Of a stretch of 64,000 nucleotides of DNA, positions 63,676-64,000 are shown piece after piece; within the stretch, counting starts at the first letter, position 1, and every line of letters begins with the position of its first letter. The position numbers and the translations under genes are program-made. Location of the stretch: contig DATJRQ010000018.1 of assembly GCA_035504595.1 (NCBI GenBank), positions 80,143-144,142 of the forward strand. Direction: 5' to 3'. The notes under the pieces are model-generated. The model saw only the letters and a program-made list of their open reading frames with translations. It was not told the DNA's origin and made no database searches. Source of the stretch: Thermoplasmata archaeon (lineage in GTDB: Archaea > Thermoplasmatota > Thermoplasmata > Lutacidiplasmatales > UBA184).

Positions 63676-64000
63676 GTGCTGCCGGACGACCTGTCGCGGG
63701 TATTGGGCCCGAAGTTGGGGGATCGCCTCCTCGGGGTGGACCCGTTCCCCGGCACCGCCGGTCGGGTCCGCTTCCGACCCGACGCGGCGCTCGAGCTGTT
63801 CCGCGCGGTACGGGACGACCTCCAGTTCGGCCACCTCTCGATGGTCGGAGGGATCGACTGGGTCGACCACCGCGAGGTGTTCTACATCGCCTGGTCCGAC
63901 GGCACGAAGCAGTACGTGGTCCTTTCCGCCGACCTTCCCGCCGAAGCGGCGCACATCGAGTCAGCCTCGCCAGTCTGGCCGAGCGCGAACTGGCACGAGC
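63676..64000 (+). CDS. nuoC: NADH-quinone oxidoreductase subunit C (30-kDa subunit), N-terminal part; continues beyond window
   Basis: Hand translation from GTG 63676 (after GAAGGAGAGAGAG) gives VLPDDLSRVLGPKLGDRLLGVDPFPGTAGRVRFRPDAALELFRAVRDDLQFGHLSMVGGIDW...SANWHE, a NuoC-like pattern. Confidence 0.8.
   Translation, partial: MLPDDLSRVLGPKLGDRLLGVDPFPGTAGRVRFRPDAALELFRAVRDDLQFGHLSMVGGIDWVDHREVFYIAWSDGTKQYVVLSADLPAEAAHIESASPVWPSANWHE

Noticed and set aside
1-64000. CRISPR arrays, rRNA, tRNA, IS elements, defence-system genes (nucleases, helicases, STAND ATPases)
   Set aside because: None was recognised by eye on either strand. This is a negative result from visual inspection only. Infernal/tRNAscan, CRISPR finders and defence-system HMMs should confirm it.

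Overview
Dense, high-GC (roughly two-thirds G+C by eye) archaeal chromosomal segment with about 60 protein-coding genes. I recognised no rRNA, tRNA, CRISPR array, transposase or integrase by eye. Archaeal hallmarks are aRF1 (NIKS motif), RFC small subunit, PriS, FEN1, Kae1, ArcTGT, Taw1, Trm5, Sec61beta, geranylgeranyl reductase, ApgM and class III (type IV pilin-like) signal peptides. A proline iminopeptidase resembling Thermoplasma tricorn factor F1 hints at a Thermoplasmatota-like host, which is a weak inference. Most of the longest ORFs in the supplied track (1568, 1175, 886, 745, 712 aa) are Arg/Gly/Pro-rich antisense or out-of-frame artefacts of the GC bias. Many real genes start well inside their track ORF, often about 25-35 nt downstream of an isolated A/T-rich TATA-like box (leaderless-type layout). 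Three real genes are absent from the track: Sec61beta and a TRASH-domain mini-protein (both under 60 aa), and the aRF1 fragment that runs off the window. Most content is housekeeping: translation and tRNA modification, replication, Moco, Cys/Met metabolism, beta-oxidation-like enzymes, gluconeogenesis, and the start of a nuo/fpo operon. The strongest candidate for something undescribed is a three-gene cassette at 46.6-48.5 kb. It encodes a tandem ribbon-helix-helix protein, an FtsZ/tubulin-like GTPase lacking the FtsZ C-terminal domain, and a 58-aa two-helix membrane protein. It lies behind the most A/T-rich spacer of the window, which carries three exact TGTTCGACA boxes. Other items worth a second look are listed below.
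- Three tandem giant pilin-like paralogues with a shared C-terminal module.
- Two ectodomain-TM-cytoplasmic zinc-ribbon proteins.
- A 405-aa poly-bactofilin-like beta-helix protein with a strict 17-residue repeat.
- A sensor-less BlaI/BlaR1-like pair with an exported glycoprotein.
- A structured 290-nt leader upstream of an alcohol dehydrogenase gene.
All functional calls rest on motif recognition from memory; no database search was possible.
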